NCBI RefSeq assembly: GCF_009914755.1
Contig: NC_060938.1
DNA: 64,000 nucleotides
Strand: one strand, 5' to 3'
DNA from: the human T2T-CHM13v2.0 reference genome, Homo sapiens
The notes beneath the pieces were generated by a model, which saw nothing but the letters and a program-made list of their open reading frames with translations, made no database searches and was not told the DNA's origin. The position numbers and the translations under genes were made by a program. The first letter of the stretch is position 1; each line of letters starts with the position of its first letter. This document shows, one piece after another, positions 20,101-35,467 of this stretch.

Positions 20101-20267
20101 GAAATATAAGATTGAAGAGATGGATTCCCTACGGTATTCACACATTTCCTTACCATGGGCTAGTCACTTAAAATGGCCATGCTAATATTTGTTTTATGGA
20201 AAAGTGGGGACTATCACATCTGCCTGCAGACTACGGATAAAACAATATTATAAAAATGTATGTTCAA

Positions 20268-20487
20268 GCCTGGGCAAGATAGTGAGACCTCATCTCTTAA
20301 AATAAATAAATAAATAAAAAATAGCAGGATGTGGTGGCGTGCATCTGTAGTCCCAGCTACTCAGGAGGCTGAGATGGGAGGATCACCTGAGCTCAGGAGG
20401 TCGAGGCTGCAGTGAGCTATGATCACGCCACTGTACTCCAGCCTGGGTCAGAGTGATACCCTGTCTCTAACAACAACAACAAAAAAA
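20268..20487 (+). mobile_element. 5'-truncated AluJ
   Basis: tatgttca on both sides. Confidence 0.85.
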
Positions 20488-21940
20488 TATGTTCATTAGG
20501 AGTCTATCCCTGAGCACAGCTAAAATTCTGTAGCACTCGTAGAATTGCTTTGTCAGTTCTACAGGAAACTGAGCCCTAGGTGAGTTGGCAATTGAGAAAA
20601 ATTCCTGAAAAGAGAGGAAAGACTGAAAGTGGTCTAGTATTTCCTAGACTGCACTTCACTTCACATGACAGTGTGCTGCAAGGTGAAGGGGAAGGGCTAA
20701 GGACTCAGGCCAAACTTCAGCTTGTCACTTTCCCTCATTCAACACATATTTAGGACCTATATCATGTTCTGGGAAATTACTAGCTATGTGACTTACGTAG
20801 ACAACGCTTTTGAACTTTATTTTTCTCATCTGGAAAACTAAAAATAATATGTATGTACCTCATAGGTCTATAGTAAAAATTAAATGAAATGTGTCTGTTG
20901 TAAATAATGTATTAGAACATCAGCTCTGTGTCTGAGCAGTGTAGGGCACTTAGGGATCCTGAGTTTTCACCCCTGACTGGTCTCACTTACTTCCTGGCAA
21001 GATTGGGCGGCCCTGACCCACTTGGTCTAGCGCACAGGATTGGCACCTGGCTTGTTCTGTCTTCTGTAGAACTCAGCCAGGATTTCAGCACGCCTACCAG
21101 CTGAGGTAGAGAACACAATGGAAGCAGAAACAGCTTCTCCCAAGGCTGACCTGGTGCAGTCTGGGCTGGTTAGTCAAGGGGAACAGAAACCACTCAAGTA
21201 TCTAGTGGTTGATCAAACTCCAGCTGTTTGCCTCAGAGCCTTCCTTTCACCCAGCCTTAACTGCTATTATCTGAGGTCTATTCATACGTCCTGTATGCAG
21301 AGGGAATAGGTAAAGATTGGTTGCTCTTTGTCATTGAAGAAACCTGTGCTTCACTTCTCTTATTGAAGGAATCAGCCTTCCCCAGGATTATCTGGGCTCA
21401 CTGGGCCCTACCGTGCAGGACTTCTTTTGAATGATTGCAGGTATCCTGCCTTTCTCTGGCCCACATGGCTCACAAACTCACCACTAGTCCTCATCACCAG
21501 CAGCCATAAGCTGCAACTGACCTGATTCAGCAGAAAAGAAATGAATGTACTAAAAGGATATTGGGAGAGCCAGGGAGCCAGGCCTGAGGCAAAGCTTCCA
21601 GGAACCATATCTAAGACGTGCTGCAGAAGCTGTTGGATGAGAATGCTGCAGCTGCCCCTGAGTTCTTGCTGCTGCTGTTTGTGCACTACTAGGAGCCCAC
21701 CTCCCCATGACTGCTGTGGTACCCACCACACATGCTGCTGCCACCCCAGGAGCACACAGCTGTCACCCAAGGCACGTCAGATGCATGTGCCACCATGTTC
21801 CCTTGAAAAGTGCAAGCCTGTGTATGCTTTTTCCTCACATTTGTTACCTGCAACTCAAAGTCAGGGGCCCTTGACTGGTGAACTCCAGACCACAGGCTCC
21901 TAACACAAGTTTTCTAGCTTTCATCTTAGAAAAGCAGGAC

Positions 21941-22100
21941 ACCTGTAATCCCAGCATTTTGGGAGGCTGAGGTGGGAAGATCACTTGTGGCCAGGAATTC
22001 AAGACCAGCCTGGGCAACATAATGAGACCCCCATCTCTCTAAAAAAAAAAAAAAGAAAGAAAGAAAAAAAGAAAGAAAGAAAAAAGAAAGAAAAGAAAAG
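21941..22100 (+). mobile_element. Alu left monomer with (GAAA)n tail
   Basis: TSD agaaaagcagg. Confidence 0.8.
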
Positions 22101-22859
22101 CAGGGCTCCTAAAGTGGGAAGATTTCCAAGCATTAGACCATGTGTCAGAAATAGACAAAAAATATACAGAAAATGTCCACTTTGTACTCTGGCCCCGGGC
22201 TCTCATCATCTTCCCAGTCCCACCTCCTCCCACCTGATGGAGCCAAGCCCCGGGCCCTGTGTTAAGGCTTGGCCTGAGATGTTCTGCATGGGGGCCTGAG
22301 CCATGAGAGAAGTGCAAGGAATTCAGATGGGCACTTCTGGACAGTGAGCAACAAGGGGATGCTGTCTGAGCTTGGGAACCCCAGAGGGGGTTAAGGGAAG
22401 AGTACCAGGGTGATGATTAGCTAGAGTCATAAAATGGGGAGATCTAGCATGGCCTTGGGGAACATCTAGTGGGCGTCACACATCCAAATGCCTGCAGAGG
22501 GGCCAGGCAGGTCAGACAATAGGGGATGATGGGGCCTGTGGGGATGCGCCTTTAGGCATTACATTCAAAGACTTAAGTCTACTGTGCAGAGGTGGTAAGA
22601 ATGATACAAGTGGTTGTTGTTGGGGGGCTGATTGACTATAAAGGGGCATGAAGAAACTTTCTGCAGGTGATGGAAATGTTCTGTCTGTTGCTTTGGGTGG
22701 GGTTACATCTTATATACCTTCATCAAAGAAATAACTTAGATGTGTGCATTTTACCATGAAGTATACCTCAATTTAAAAACTTGGGGCAAATTCATAAAGC
22801 AATGTGGATCTGGCTCTCGGGCTAACCATTTGTAAACTTCTGTTGCAATCCGACTTCCA

Positions 22860-24350
<1,491 letters not shown>

Positions 24351-26328
24351 CTCTGCTTTCCTGTGTGACCTTGGCGTCACCCCTTTTCACTCTACACTGG
24401 CTCCCGCAGGAAAATGTGGACCATAGTCTGGGCCGGGAGAATGGAGATGGGGCCCCTGCCCTGGGGCGGTGGCAAATTCTCTATGGAATGAACCTGACCC
24501 TCGAGTGGGAATGTTGGGTGTGGGCAGAAGAGACCGTGGTCGGGGTGGGATCCCAGCTAGGTCAGATCAGGCCAGACTGAGGGGAGGCAGAAACTCCATC
24601 TCTAGCCAAAGATGCCCCCAACCCCGGGACCCCCACTGTCAATTCCATCGTCTTCACAACCCCTGACCCAGGCCGCGAGGACCGGGCCTGAGTGTCTCCC
24701 TCCCGCCAACCACCCACCCTTAGACGGAGAGGGACCTGGCCCTTCTGAAAGGCTCAGGCTAAGGAGGGAGGAAGGGCCAGGAAGGGTGCTTGTCCATGGG
24801 GAAGTGACCTTGGCAACCCCTCCAACTGTCCCTTGAAATAATTTTTTTAAAAGTGAGCACAGGGAAGAGAGATTCTAGTGCTTCAGACGGAGGAGCTGGA
24901 AAGGAGGGAGGCAGCTGGAGTGAAGGAGGGGATAGATTGGTTCTGCCAAGGATTGATCCTCTGAAAGGGGTGGTGGAGAGAGACAGGGTAGTCCCAACCA
25001 TCCTTCAGCCCCAGCTGCCTGGTCCCCAACTCAGACGCGACTCCGCGGACATCGGTAGCCACTCTCCACTTACAAATTAGCCTGGGAGGTATTGAGGGAA
25101 GAGGGAGTTCACAGCCCTGGACTTGCAGGAAGCTCCCAACTGGCTGCAGGTGCTGTGGGCCATTTTCTGGACAGTTTCCACTCTCCAGTCAATTTCAGTT
25201 CTGAGATTCACTACTGGTATGGCCTGGAGAATGCAGACCCTGTCCAGCCCTTCCGCGGAGGTGTGACCCTTCCAGGAAACCAGGGGTATCCAGATGCCCC
25301 TTCCCCATCCCACACTCTATGAGTCTGCCCCTGAGCAGAGGGGGCCTCCAATGTTCCCAGGACCACAGATCATGTGGATGTGGTAGTGGTGGGTGCTGAT
25401 GTTCTGTTCTGATGAATAATTTAATGTTTCTATAAGACCGCAGAACAAATGGAGCTGTGGACAGTAGCTCACATTTTATATCTCTGGTTTCATGTTGTTT
25501 TGTTGCTTCTGACAGGTTTCTCTCTGGGATTTAATGGGATACAGGCTTCTTGAGTTCCTCCAAAGTTCAGCTTATCTCTGACCCCCTAAATGAAGGCTTG
25601 GAGCAACATGGAGTGTATTTGGGGAGCTTCCAGTATTGTGCTATGTGAGCTACAGCCCCCAGGGCCAGGAGAGCTGGGGTGGAAAGGCTGTGTGTAGATT
25701 CAAGCACAATTAGCAGAATATCTCCCCCCACCACCCATCTTTCTTCTGCCTCAGCAGCTCCAGATAGTTAATCTTTCTTTTCTATTGGGTCTGGCTGCTG
25801 TTCTGGGTCCTGTCAACCAAGACTTCTCTTGCCAGACATTTTCACCTGACAGCATCCCTAGAAAATGCTAGGTGCTTGTGACCCCCAGGGTATGTCCCCT
25901 GGTCCTCCCCTTCACCACTGCAGGTACATTGGGAAACTGGTCTCTGCACCTACAGTTGATTCCAGGGCTAGGAAGTGTCAGGAGTACAGGGCATAGGCCC
26001 CCAGCTAAAAGCACAATGGTAGTGCCAAGGAGGCTTGGAGAGGTTTAGTGTCCCCCACCCAGAGACTCCATCTTCTCCTCCATCCACTACCGTGGCCCCC
26101 AAAGCCACCCGAAACGATGCAATCAGAGTCTGAGCAGTATGTATGCTCTGCTAATACAGCTAAAAGTCAAGTCCTTTAGCCTCCTTCCAAGGAGATTGTT
26201 ACCTGGGTTCCCTTCCTTTGTAGGAATTTCAGAGCTGCCACTGTGCAAAGACTACCTGGGGCTCAAGAAAGAACTAACATCCCACCTGCCCATTCTAGGC
26301 CTCTGTGTTCTCAGTTCTGGGAATACAC

Positions 26329-26330
<2 letters not shown>

Positions 26331-26373
<43 letters not shown>
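26331..26373. repeat. (CA)n microsatellite
   Basis: About 21 perfect CA units. Confidence 0.97.
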
Positions 26374-26376
<3 letters not shown>

Positions 26377-28437
26377 ATTTAGTCTTGGGTCAATGACAGA
26401 GCCAGCCAGAGAGGGCCTGGGTGTGGGGGAGAAAGATGCTCAGCTCAGCCCCCTCTCACTTCCCATCAGGGCCCCCTGGGCCCCAGCTTCCCATTTGTAA
26501 AGTAGAGTCTGTGGGCTCAGCTAATTAGCAGCCACAGGAAGACTTGGGGACAGAGCAGCTGAGGGCCGCCACCGCAGAGCCTTGCCATTAGGGCGATCAA
26601 TGCCCTGGCTGGAGCAGTTAAGGGGAGGGGGCCTGAAAAGTCTCAGCACTGCATTAGTAAAGAATAAGCTGGAGAGAACTGGCTGTGGCCAGCTGGGTTC
26701 TATAAAACCTTTTCCACTCAGGGTCTGTCTTAGGACCTGTGCCTCCAGCTTCCACCGCCCAAGCAGCCCTGCCTGCCTGGGGTGGGAAGGTGCCCTTGAG
26801 CTGAAGGGTCAACTTATTTCCTGGGGGCAACAAAAGGGGAAGGGAATCAAAAGCATTAATTAGCAGAGATCAGATAATCTGGGAGAGATGTCTAGAAGGG
26901 AAGGCTGTTGACTGTGTCCTCATCTTGGTCTGTGAGTGGAGATGGAAGTGCAAAGACCTGGGCAGTGCCAGGACAAAGAGGAAGGGGGTGGGAAATCTCA
27001 GCCTCAGCCAGTGTCATGCTGTGAGGGCTTGGCCTAGACTAATTCTTTCCTGAGATTGAATGCTTTTTCCAGCATTCTATTCCACCTCCCAAATCCCTGC
27101 TGAACACTTCCCAAGGCCGGAACCCCTAAGGAGGAGGACCCACCCACTTCCTTCCTGCAACAGGAGCATCTATAATCCTCCTCACCCCTTCTCCTCCCCA
27201 GGGGCAGGGTAGCCAGTAGGGCCTGAACCGAGCTCCGCAGTTTACTCTTGCAGAGCATCGGTGGGTCCCTGACTTAGGGAGCTAAGATTCATTGTGTCCA
27301 CCTGGTGCCAGTGGAGCCATGGAGACAGTGGCCATGTGTCCTAAATCTCAGGCCACAACCTGTACAGTGTGTAAAGATTATCTGTGCAGATGAGGGTCAC
27401 CATGCCAAAAAGACTAGAGGAGACTTTCTTCCCACAGGGATTTGGAGCCCAGGGTTTTGACTTTGGTGCTCAGCACTGCTTCCCAGAGGTGACACCAATG
27501 CCGAGCTTTCCCAGAGCAGAGAGAAGAGCCTATCATGTCAGCTTCACGGCACTAGGCTCAGCCTCACCCTGGTGACCCTGGGGTTTGGTCTCACTTTCTG
27601 GCACCCCTGGCATTTCCCTCAGCTGGCTGTGTGAGGTATCCCACAAGCAGAATTGTAACATTTCCTCTGTGGAGGGTGCCTGAAGGACCCCCTTTAAAAA
27701 ATAAACTTCTATTCTTCAAACTTCTACCAGAGTGGCAACATAGGGTGTGGGGAACAGTGACCAGGTGGCAGTTGAGGGGCAGGGATCTTCTGCTAATGTG
27801 TGTGGGAAGTTGGGGAGGGGACAGAGCAGAGGAGCTCTTTCAGCATTGATAAAGAAGAAGGACTTGGGGAACAGTGTCTCTGCCTCCAGAAAAAAAAGTG
27901 ACCAAATTACTTTATTCTGAAGATTTCATAGTGTTTTTCACTCTCTGGCTCCTTGTTCCAGAGCTGTTCTCCCAAGCTCACGATAGGAAACTGAGGCACA
28001 GAGGCAGGGGGAAGGTGCCTTTTCTGAGTCTCCTCAGATTCCTCTACCCATCACCCTCTTCCCTTTCTGTGCTGGTAGCATCCAGGTTACAGTGAATCCT
28101 TGGGTTAGGGAGATGGGCACACTCTCTGGATCACCCAGCCATAAATGAAATGATACACATCAGGTCAGGCTTCCTGGGGTCGTATGATTATTTACCCAGA
28201 CCAGGTCTGCCAAAGTTAAGTGAGTTAATTGTGCAAACAGGTGGCATTTCTTTCTCACCCACTCCCTGAGGAGCTGCCCTCCATGGCTGTTGATGTCCTA
28301 TTTGAAAATGAGTCTCACCTGTGTATGGGTCAGACCTCCAGCTTGCAGAGAGTTCAGCTTCCTTGTACCCAAGACTTAAAAATAACAAAGTAATTGCTTC
28401 TGAGAGCAGCTGTGGGTATGGTAGAAAGTGAATCTAA

Positions 28438-29317
<880 letters not shown>

Positions 29318-29334
29318 TGTTATATGTTTTACAC

Positions 29335-29685
29335 CAGCAGTCCCCAACGTTTTTGGCACCAGGTGCCATGACTGGTTTCATGGAAGACAATTTTTCCAAG
29401 GACAGGGGTGGGTGTGGGGGTGGTTTCATCAGGCATTAGATTCTCATAATGACTGTGCAACCTAGATCCCTTGCCATGCACAATTTACAAAAGGGTTGGT
29501 GCTCCTATGAGAATCTAATGCCGCCGCTGATCTGACAGGAGGCGGAGCTCAGGCGGTAATGCCAGCCACGGGGAGAAGCTGTAAAAACAGATGAAGCTTC
29601 ACCTGCTCATCTCCTGCTGTGTGGCCCAGTTCCTAACAGGCCATGGACTGGTACTGGTCCAGGGCCCAGGGGTTGAAGACTCCTG
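29335..29685. mobile_element. MER1B (hAT-Charlie)
   Basis: TIRs cagcagtccccaac / ggttgaagactcctg; perfect 8-bp TSD ttttacac (29327-29334, 29686-29693). Confidence 0.9.
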
Positions 29686-31566
29686 TTTTACACATTACGG
29701 TTGTCTTACTGTTGTTGGAATACTTGTTCCAGGGGGACTAAGTTTTTTGAGCCCCCTTGGACTTGATAATCTCTCTGAACTCTAATGTGTCATGACTCAT
29801 GCATTTCACAGATAGAATTCCTGCTGTTCTGCCATCTTAGACTGGATGCCAGATGAGAAGCACAGGCCAGGATGAGCATTTCCTGAGCACACCAGGCCAT
29901 CCAGAATGGACACAAGGGACACACACTGGGGCTGTGTCATTTCTACCTTCCTTCTGCCAGTTCTGAAAAGGACACTTCTGAGGGAAGTCCTTCTCCAGTT
30001 CCACCCCCTACATAGCCATTCTCAGTATCCAGGAGGCTCGGAGAGGAGGGAGACTGGCTGCTGGGCCTATTCTGGAAGTTTGTGCCCGGGGAAGAGGGAG
30101 AAGCCAGGCTGGATGTTCGCCTTCCTGGAAAATGTAACTCATGTGTAACTCACACATCCACTAGGCTCTTGCTGCTCTCTTGAGAGTGAGATAAATTTGG
30201 TCCCAAGACCAAATCCCATATCTAAAGGAAGTCTAAAATCTGTACCAAGGTTTCTGTTAATCTCTAAGAGGCTGTAAACTAGTTTCTTGGTTGATGGATT
30301 AATTTGCTGACCAATGTACACGGTCCTTGTTGCACAACCAGAGGTGGAACTCAGCTTTTATTCCTCAGTTTTCCAGCCTTCCACACTGCTGCATAAACAC
30401 AGCAGGTATTTATGAGTCTAGCAGCCTATCCTGAAGGGAAGCTGTGGCAAAGAGGAGGGCAGAGGAGGTATTTAAATTACAGAATTGCAAACATCTTCAA
30501 ATTGAGCGTTAGGTCTCTGGTAGGCACCCCACCTCGCTGTCACCAGAGATGGTGACATCACTCTCTCTCTGGACTCTTGGATCCTCCCAGGATCCTCTCT
30601 CCTCTGCACTCTGCCATCACTCCTCCTCCCTATTGTCCTACAGGATTTTCCCCAAATTCAAATTTCTTTCACTCTGTTAAGCAAAGCCCTTTCTAGCTCC
30701 TACTCCTAAACTCAGTGGCATTCGCATCTCCAAACATTAGGGAGCTCACCTGAGTGGACAGAGACTGGATAGGCCTTTGTTTAACAGGACCTGCCCAACA
30801 TAGAAGATACCTGTGGTTCTAGATAACATTTTCCTTGGCTCCAGATGGGCTTATCATGAGGCAGTGGTGACCATCAAGCTCTGGTTGAGCCCTTGTTGCA
30901 TTCAGAGCACTGGGGAGGGGGGCAGAAGATGGGGACAAAGCTAAAGCTTGAGAAAACCCTTCTTGGATTCCCTAATTCATATTGGATGGCACCTGTGCCA
31001 CTCTGTGACCCAAGCTAGAGTCCTGGTCATCGTGTCATCCCAGTTCCTGCTCACTCTGCCCTTGTTTAACATTTCGATGAGCCTTGCTGATTTGTACCTC
31101 CCAATAAATTTAATTTTCCCTTTGCCTGGTTGTGGACTTCCCTATGGCTAAAACTACAATATGACCTTATAAGTGCCCTGTTTGAAACTTGCTGGCAGCT
31201 CCCCTTGTCTGCAGGAAGAAGTCCAGCGTCTTCACAAGGACTACTCACTCTGCCCCGCTCTGTCCCTGCTCTCTGACCTTAACTCACTCCTTACCGCACC
31301 TCCCCTGCACCACTGCCCACCCTTTGCACTTTCTGCCAATAATACCAGAGATATTTTTATAACTTTGAACACACTATTCTTTGCCTATGCTGTTCCCTCT
31401 GTCTGGAATGGATCTCTCCCACTTCCATTTCCTTCCAAATTCCCAAGATACTCCTATTCATTCTTCAAAGCCCTGCTTAGTTGTCACATCTTGGGGAGCT
31501 CCCTTGGCTGGACCCCTAAACCATTGATTCCTCCCGGTCTTCACTCTTCCTATACCTAATATAAAC

Positions 31567-31750
31567 TTACAATGTTGCAATATATTGTGGCACATTACAA
31601 TGTTGCAGTCTACTCTCCTGGTGTGTTGTAAAGTTACAGTGTACTGTGGTATGCTACGATGTTGCAGAGTACTTCCCTGGTATGTTACAAAGTTAAAGCC
31701 TACCCTGGAGCTTTACAATGTTGCGGTGTATCCTCTTGATGCTTTACAAC
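31567..31750. repeat. Degenerate minisatellite, alternating 28/31-bp units (59-bp period x3)
   Basis: Units start 31567, 31595, 31626, 31654, 31685, 31713, 31744; core ttacaatgttgcag. Confidence 0.8.
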
Positions 31751-31919
31751 TATCCTAGCTCCCCCATTCCCAGCTATGTGATCTGGGGCATTATTTAATT
31801 TTTCTATGCCCCAGTTTCCTCACCTACCTCATGTGAGGAGTTGAATGAGTTAGCACAATGCTGTTACTAGAACAGTGTTTAGCACCTAGCACAAAGGAGG
31901 AGCTTGATAAACATTAGGT

Positions 31920-32227
31920 GTTTTGTTTTTGTTTTTTAGGGTCTTTTGAGACAGGGTCTGGCTTTGTGGCCCAGGCTGGAGGGTAGTGGCATGATCACAG
32001 CTCACTGTAGCGTCGACCTCCTGGTCTCAAGCAATACTTCTACCTCAGCCTCCCAAGTAGCTAGGACCACAGGCACGAGCTACCATACCCAGCTAATTTT
32101 TTAATTTTCTGTTGAGACAGTCTCCCTGTGTTGCCCAGGCTGGTATGGACTCCGGGGTTGAAATGATCCTTCTGCCTTGGTCCCACAAAGTACTGGGATT
32201 ACAGGCGTGAGCCACCACACCCGGCCA
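31920..32227 (-). mobile_element. AluJ
   Basis: Reverse dimeric Alu. Confidence 0.85.
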
Positions 32228-32489
32228 ATATTAGCTATTTTTAAAAGTATGTTGGTTTCTACACTCTTTCTCCTGCTTTTGATTATCAGCTCCCTGAGGT
32301 CAGCAAATCATCAAGCTCCAGGGCCCAGCATAGTAGCTTGGTGTACCAGGGGAATCAGTCATGCTCTCTGACCTGAGCTGACCAGCAGCTTGCAGTCACT
32401 CTGCAGAGATAGCAGAGATAAGCTCTAGGAAGAGAAACAATTCCAGTCACATGTAATGAGGAGGACCAGGCATCACAGAGCACAGCAGG

Positions 32490-32900
32490 TGAGAACTTGG
32501 GCTTTGTCAGCAGAAATAACCGTGTTCTGAGTTTGCCACTTACTAGTCGCTTAATCTCTATGCCTCAGTTTCCTCTCTAGTGAAATAGTTTCCTATTTCA
32601 CTAGAGAAACCTCTGTGCCTCAGTTTCCTCACTAGTGAAATAGAAAAAACAAGCACGTTCACAACTATCCTAGCTCCGCCATTCTGAGTTGTGTGATCTG
32701 GGACATATTATTTAACTTCTCTTAGAGTTGTTATGAGAAATTTAAATAAGATAAAGTCAATAAAACACTTAGCATCAGGGCCTTTGCACCTGCAGCTCCT
32801 CTGCCAGAAACACCTTACCTCTCCTCAAAGATTACCTTCTTAACTCGGCTCTCCCTGGCCACTCTCTTAGCAAGGTGAGTGTCCTGGCACCCTGCGAATG
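32490..32900 (+). mobile_element. MIR with internal duplication and insertions
   Basis: MIR core (tgcctcagtttcctc; gttgttatgag; aaacacttagca) broken by inserted blocks. Confidence 0.75.
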
Positions 32901-34469
32901 CTCTTTAATCTGGAAATGAAAATACTATTCTTTATGATGGGAGAGAGAGACAGCCAGCGTTGACACAAGCCCCATACCTCACCCAATGCTCCGGGCTTCA
33001 CCCCAACACATGGGGACAGAAAAGGGCCAGAGCTGATGGGCAAAGCTTCTCCCAGGATTGATGTTGGGTCTGGAAGGAGGGATGGGCTTCACACGGGGGG
33101 CAGGGGGAAGCAGCATATGCAGGGATAAGCCATGTGTTGGGAGGTCAGGGAGCTGGCCAGCTGGGCTGGAGCCAAGAGCTCCCTCCAGTAGCAGCCTTGT
33201 GAGCACAAATGGAAAAGGAGGTCAGGGGAGAGTGCAGCTTATTATTACTGAGTCTGAACCCAATCATAATAAATAATAATTTTAATCATAAAAGTAATCA
33301 TTTATTAAATATTTACCACCATGTTCTAAGTCTTTAGGGGAACATTATCCTGACAGCTCTATGAGATATAGGTATTATTATTATATAGGTATTATTATTA
33401 TTATCCTCAAGTTGCACGGTGGGGACCTACCTACCTTAGGTAACTTGCCCCAGTCACATTGCCAGTCAGTGGCAGAGCTCTAACATTGGCTACCCCAACC
33501 CTGAAACTTACAGCCTCTGGCCCATCTGTTTCCTGGTCAGGAGCTGGATGGAGCAGCTCCTTAGGCAGTGGCTGTGGGAAGTAGGTGTAGGGACTATTGA
33601 CCATGGGTTCCAATCCCAGTTCCACCTCTGCCCTAGGAGTATGGCTTTGCATACACTGTTTTGCCTCTAAGCCTCAGTTTCCTCATCTGTGAAATGAGAA
33701 TAAAATGCCCAACCGTCCACAATTGTGACGTGGATCAAATACATGTGGAACCCTTAGCACAGAAGCCAATGCATGAGAACAGCTGCAGAAAGGGCAGCCA
33801 TCTCTCGCCCTTGGGCCGTCTCTAGCCAGACCAACTGCGCAGGGCCTGGGAAGACGTGGCCCCTGGCTTGCAGTCAGAATGAGAGTGTCAGGGAACAAGG
33901 GGACTTTGGAATAGGGTGGGAAGAGGAAGTGTACCTCTGTGCAGGGCACTGGTGTTCTGAGCCCCTGCCTGTTGAGAAGATGCTGAGAAGGGGCAGCTAA
34001 AATAGCAGGGCTGTCACTGAGACAGGTTTATAAGCAAGGCCAGATCTTTGGGTCCTAGAAATTTGCTTGCCAGGTGAGCCCTCCGTTGGGCCGAACTCAT
34101 CCCTGCCTGCCAGGCCATCGTCCTCCTCCTCCAGGTCCATGCTAGCTCCCCTCCCTTGACCCCCATCTCCACCCAAGCCATTCTGGGGACAGCTGCAGCC
34201 AGGCCGGGTGTGGCATGTGTGATGTGTGGGCCCTTCACAATCCCTACTGAACTCTGGCCCTCACAGAGCAAAGACTACCCTGAACATCCACCTTCCTTCC
34301 CCTGCCCCTCTTTATGCTGTCCTTCAGAAGCACGAGGAGAAGAAGGGATATGACATTAGGGAACACTTTCTGTGTGCCAGGCAAGTGCTGAGGACTTTAC
34401 ATGCCTCCATCCACTGGATCCTCTCTTGCCCCCTAACGATATGTGGCAACATCCCCTAATGAATCTCCC

Positions 34470-35215
34470 TGCCTTTACCCTGACAATCTGCCCTCAACAC
34501 AGCAGGGTCGAGACTTTTGCAATGTAAGCCAGGTCACTCCTGCTCAAAGCCTTCCAGTGGCTGTCTCTCTTACTCAGAGAAAAAGCCAGCCTCTACCAAC
34601 TAGTGCTGTGACCTTCAGCAAGTCATGCCTCCTCTCTGCTTCATTTCTGACCATGTAAAATGCAGGGAGCATTTCTCTCATAGCATCATTGTGAGTGGTG
34701 TTAAGTGCATTAATAGCAGTAACTGCTTGGAATGAGGTGTGGTATGTGGAAAGTACTCTATAAATGTTAGCTTGATCATTATTGTCATTACCATGGCCAT
34801 AGAGCCCTATGCAATCTGGCCCAACTGCCGCAGCCTTGCAGTTCCCTCGAGAGCTAGGCACACTTCCTGCCTCAGGGCCTTTGCACCTGCAGCTTCTCTG
34901 CTGGAAACACCTTACCTCTCCTCAAAGATTACCTTCTTAACTAGGCTGTCCCTGCCCACCCTCTTTGACATGGACCCATGCCCACTCCCAATTCCCCCTA
35001 ACCTGCTTTATTTTCCTCCATAGCATATGTCAGCATCTGGCACATGACATCTCTATGTCTCATTTATTCGTCATCCGACACCCACTACATGCAAGTAGTG
35101 TAAGCTCTAAGGAGACAGGGATTTTTGTCTGTCTTGTTCACAACTGTATCTCCAACACCTAGAGCAGTGCTTGGCACACAGTGGCAACTCAGTAATTGCT
35201 GAATCAATGGAGGAA
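34470..35215 (+). mobile_element. L2 3' fragment with nested MIR
   Basis: L2 3'-end motifs (cagggcctttgcac...; gtgcttggcacacag...ttgctgaat). Confidence 0.65.
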
Positions 35216-35467
35216 TCTTTATAACAGCCCTAAGAGACAGTTATTTGTACCCGCATTTTATAGAGGAAGAAAGGGAGGCTTAGTAAGGCTGGGAGTTTGC
35301 CTGAGGCTGCAGCTTGAAGGATGGGGGTTGGTGGACCCCAGAGCCCTGTGCTCTCCTTGCCATGTGTCTAATGATCTTCTGCCCACCCACTTCCCAGCCC
35401 TGGCACAGTGCTTTTCCTTAAGTGGGTGGGGCTCCAGAAGTGACAGGAAGGCATAAAGGTATTTATT

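Noticed and set aside
21408-21903. Cys-rich 120-aa ORF and opposite poly-Q ORF
   Set aside because: Driven by short CTG-rich low complexity; no splice context or recognisable family
31567-31750. Superficial CRISPR-like periodicity
   Set aside because: Eukaryotic intron, no repeat/unique-spacer structure, no cas genes; reported as a minisatellite
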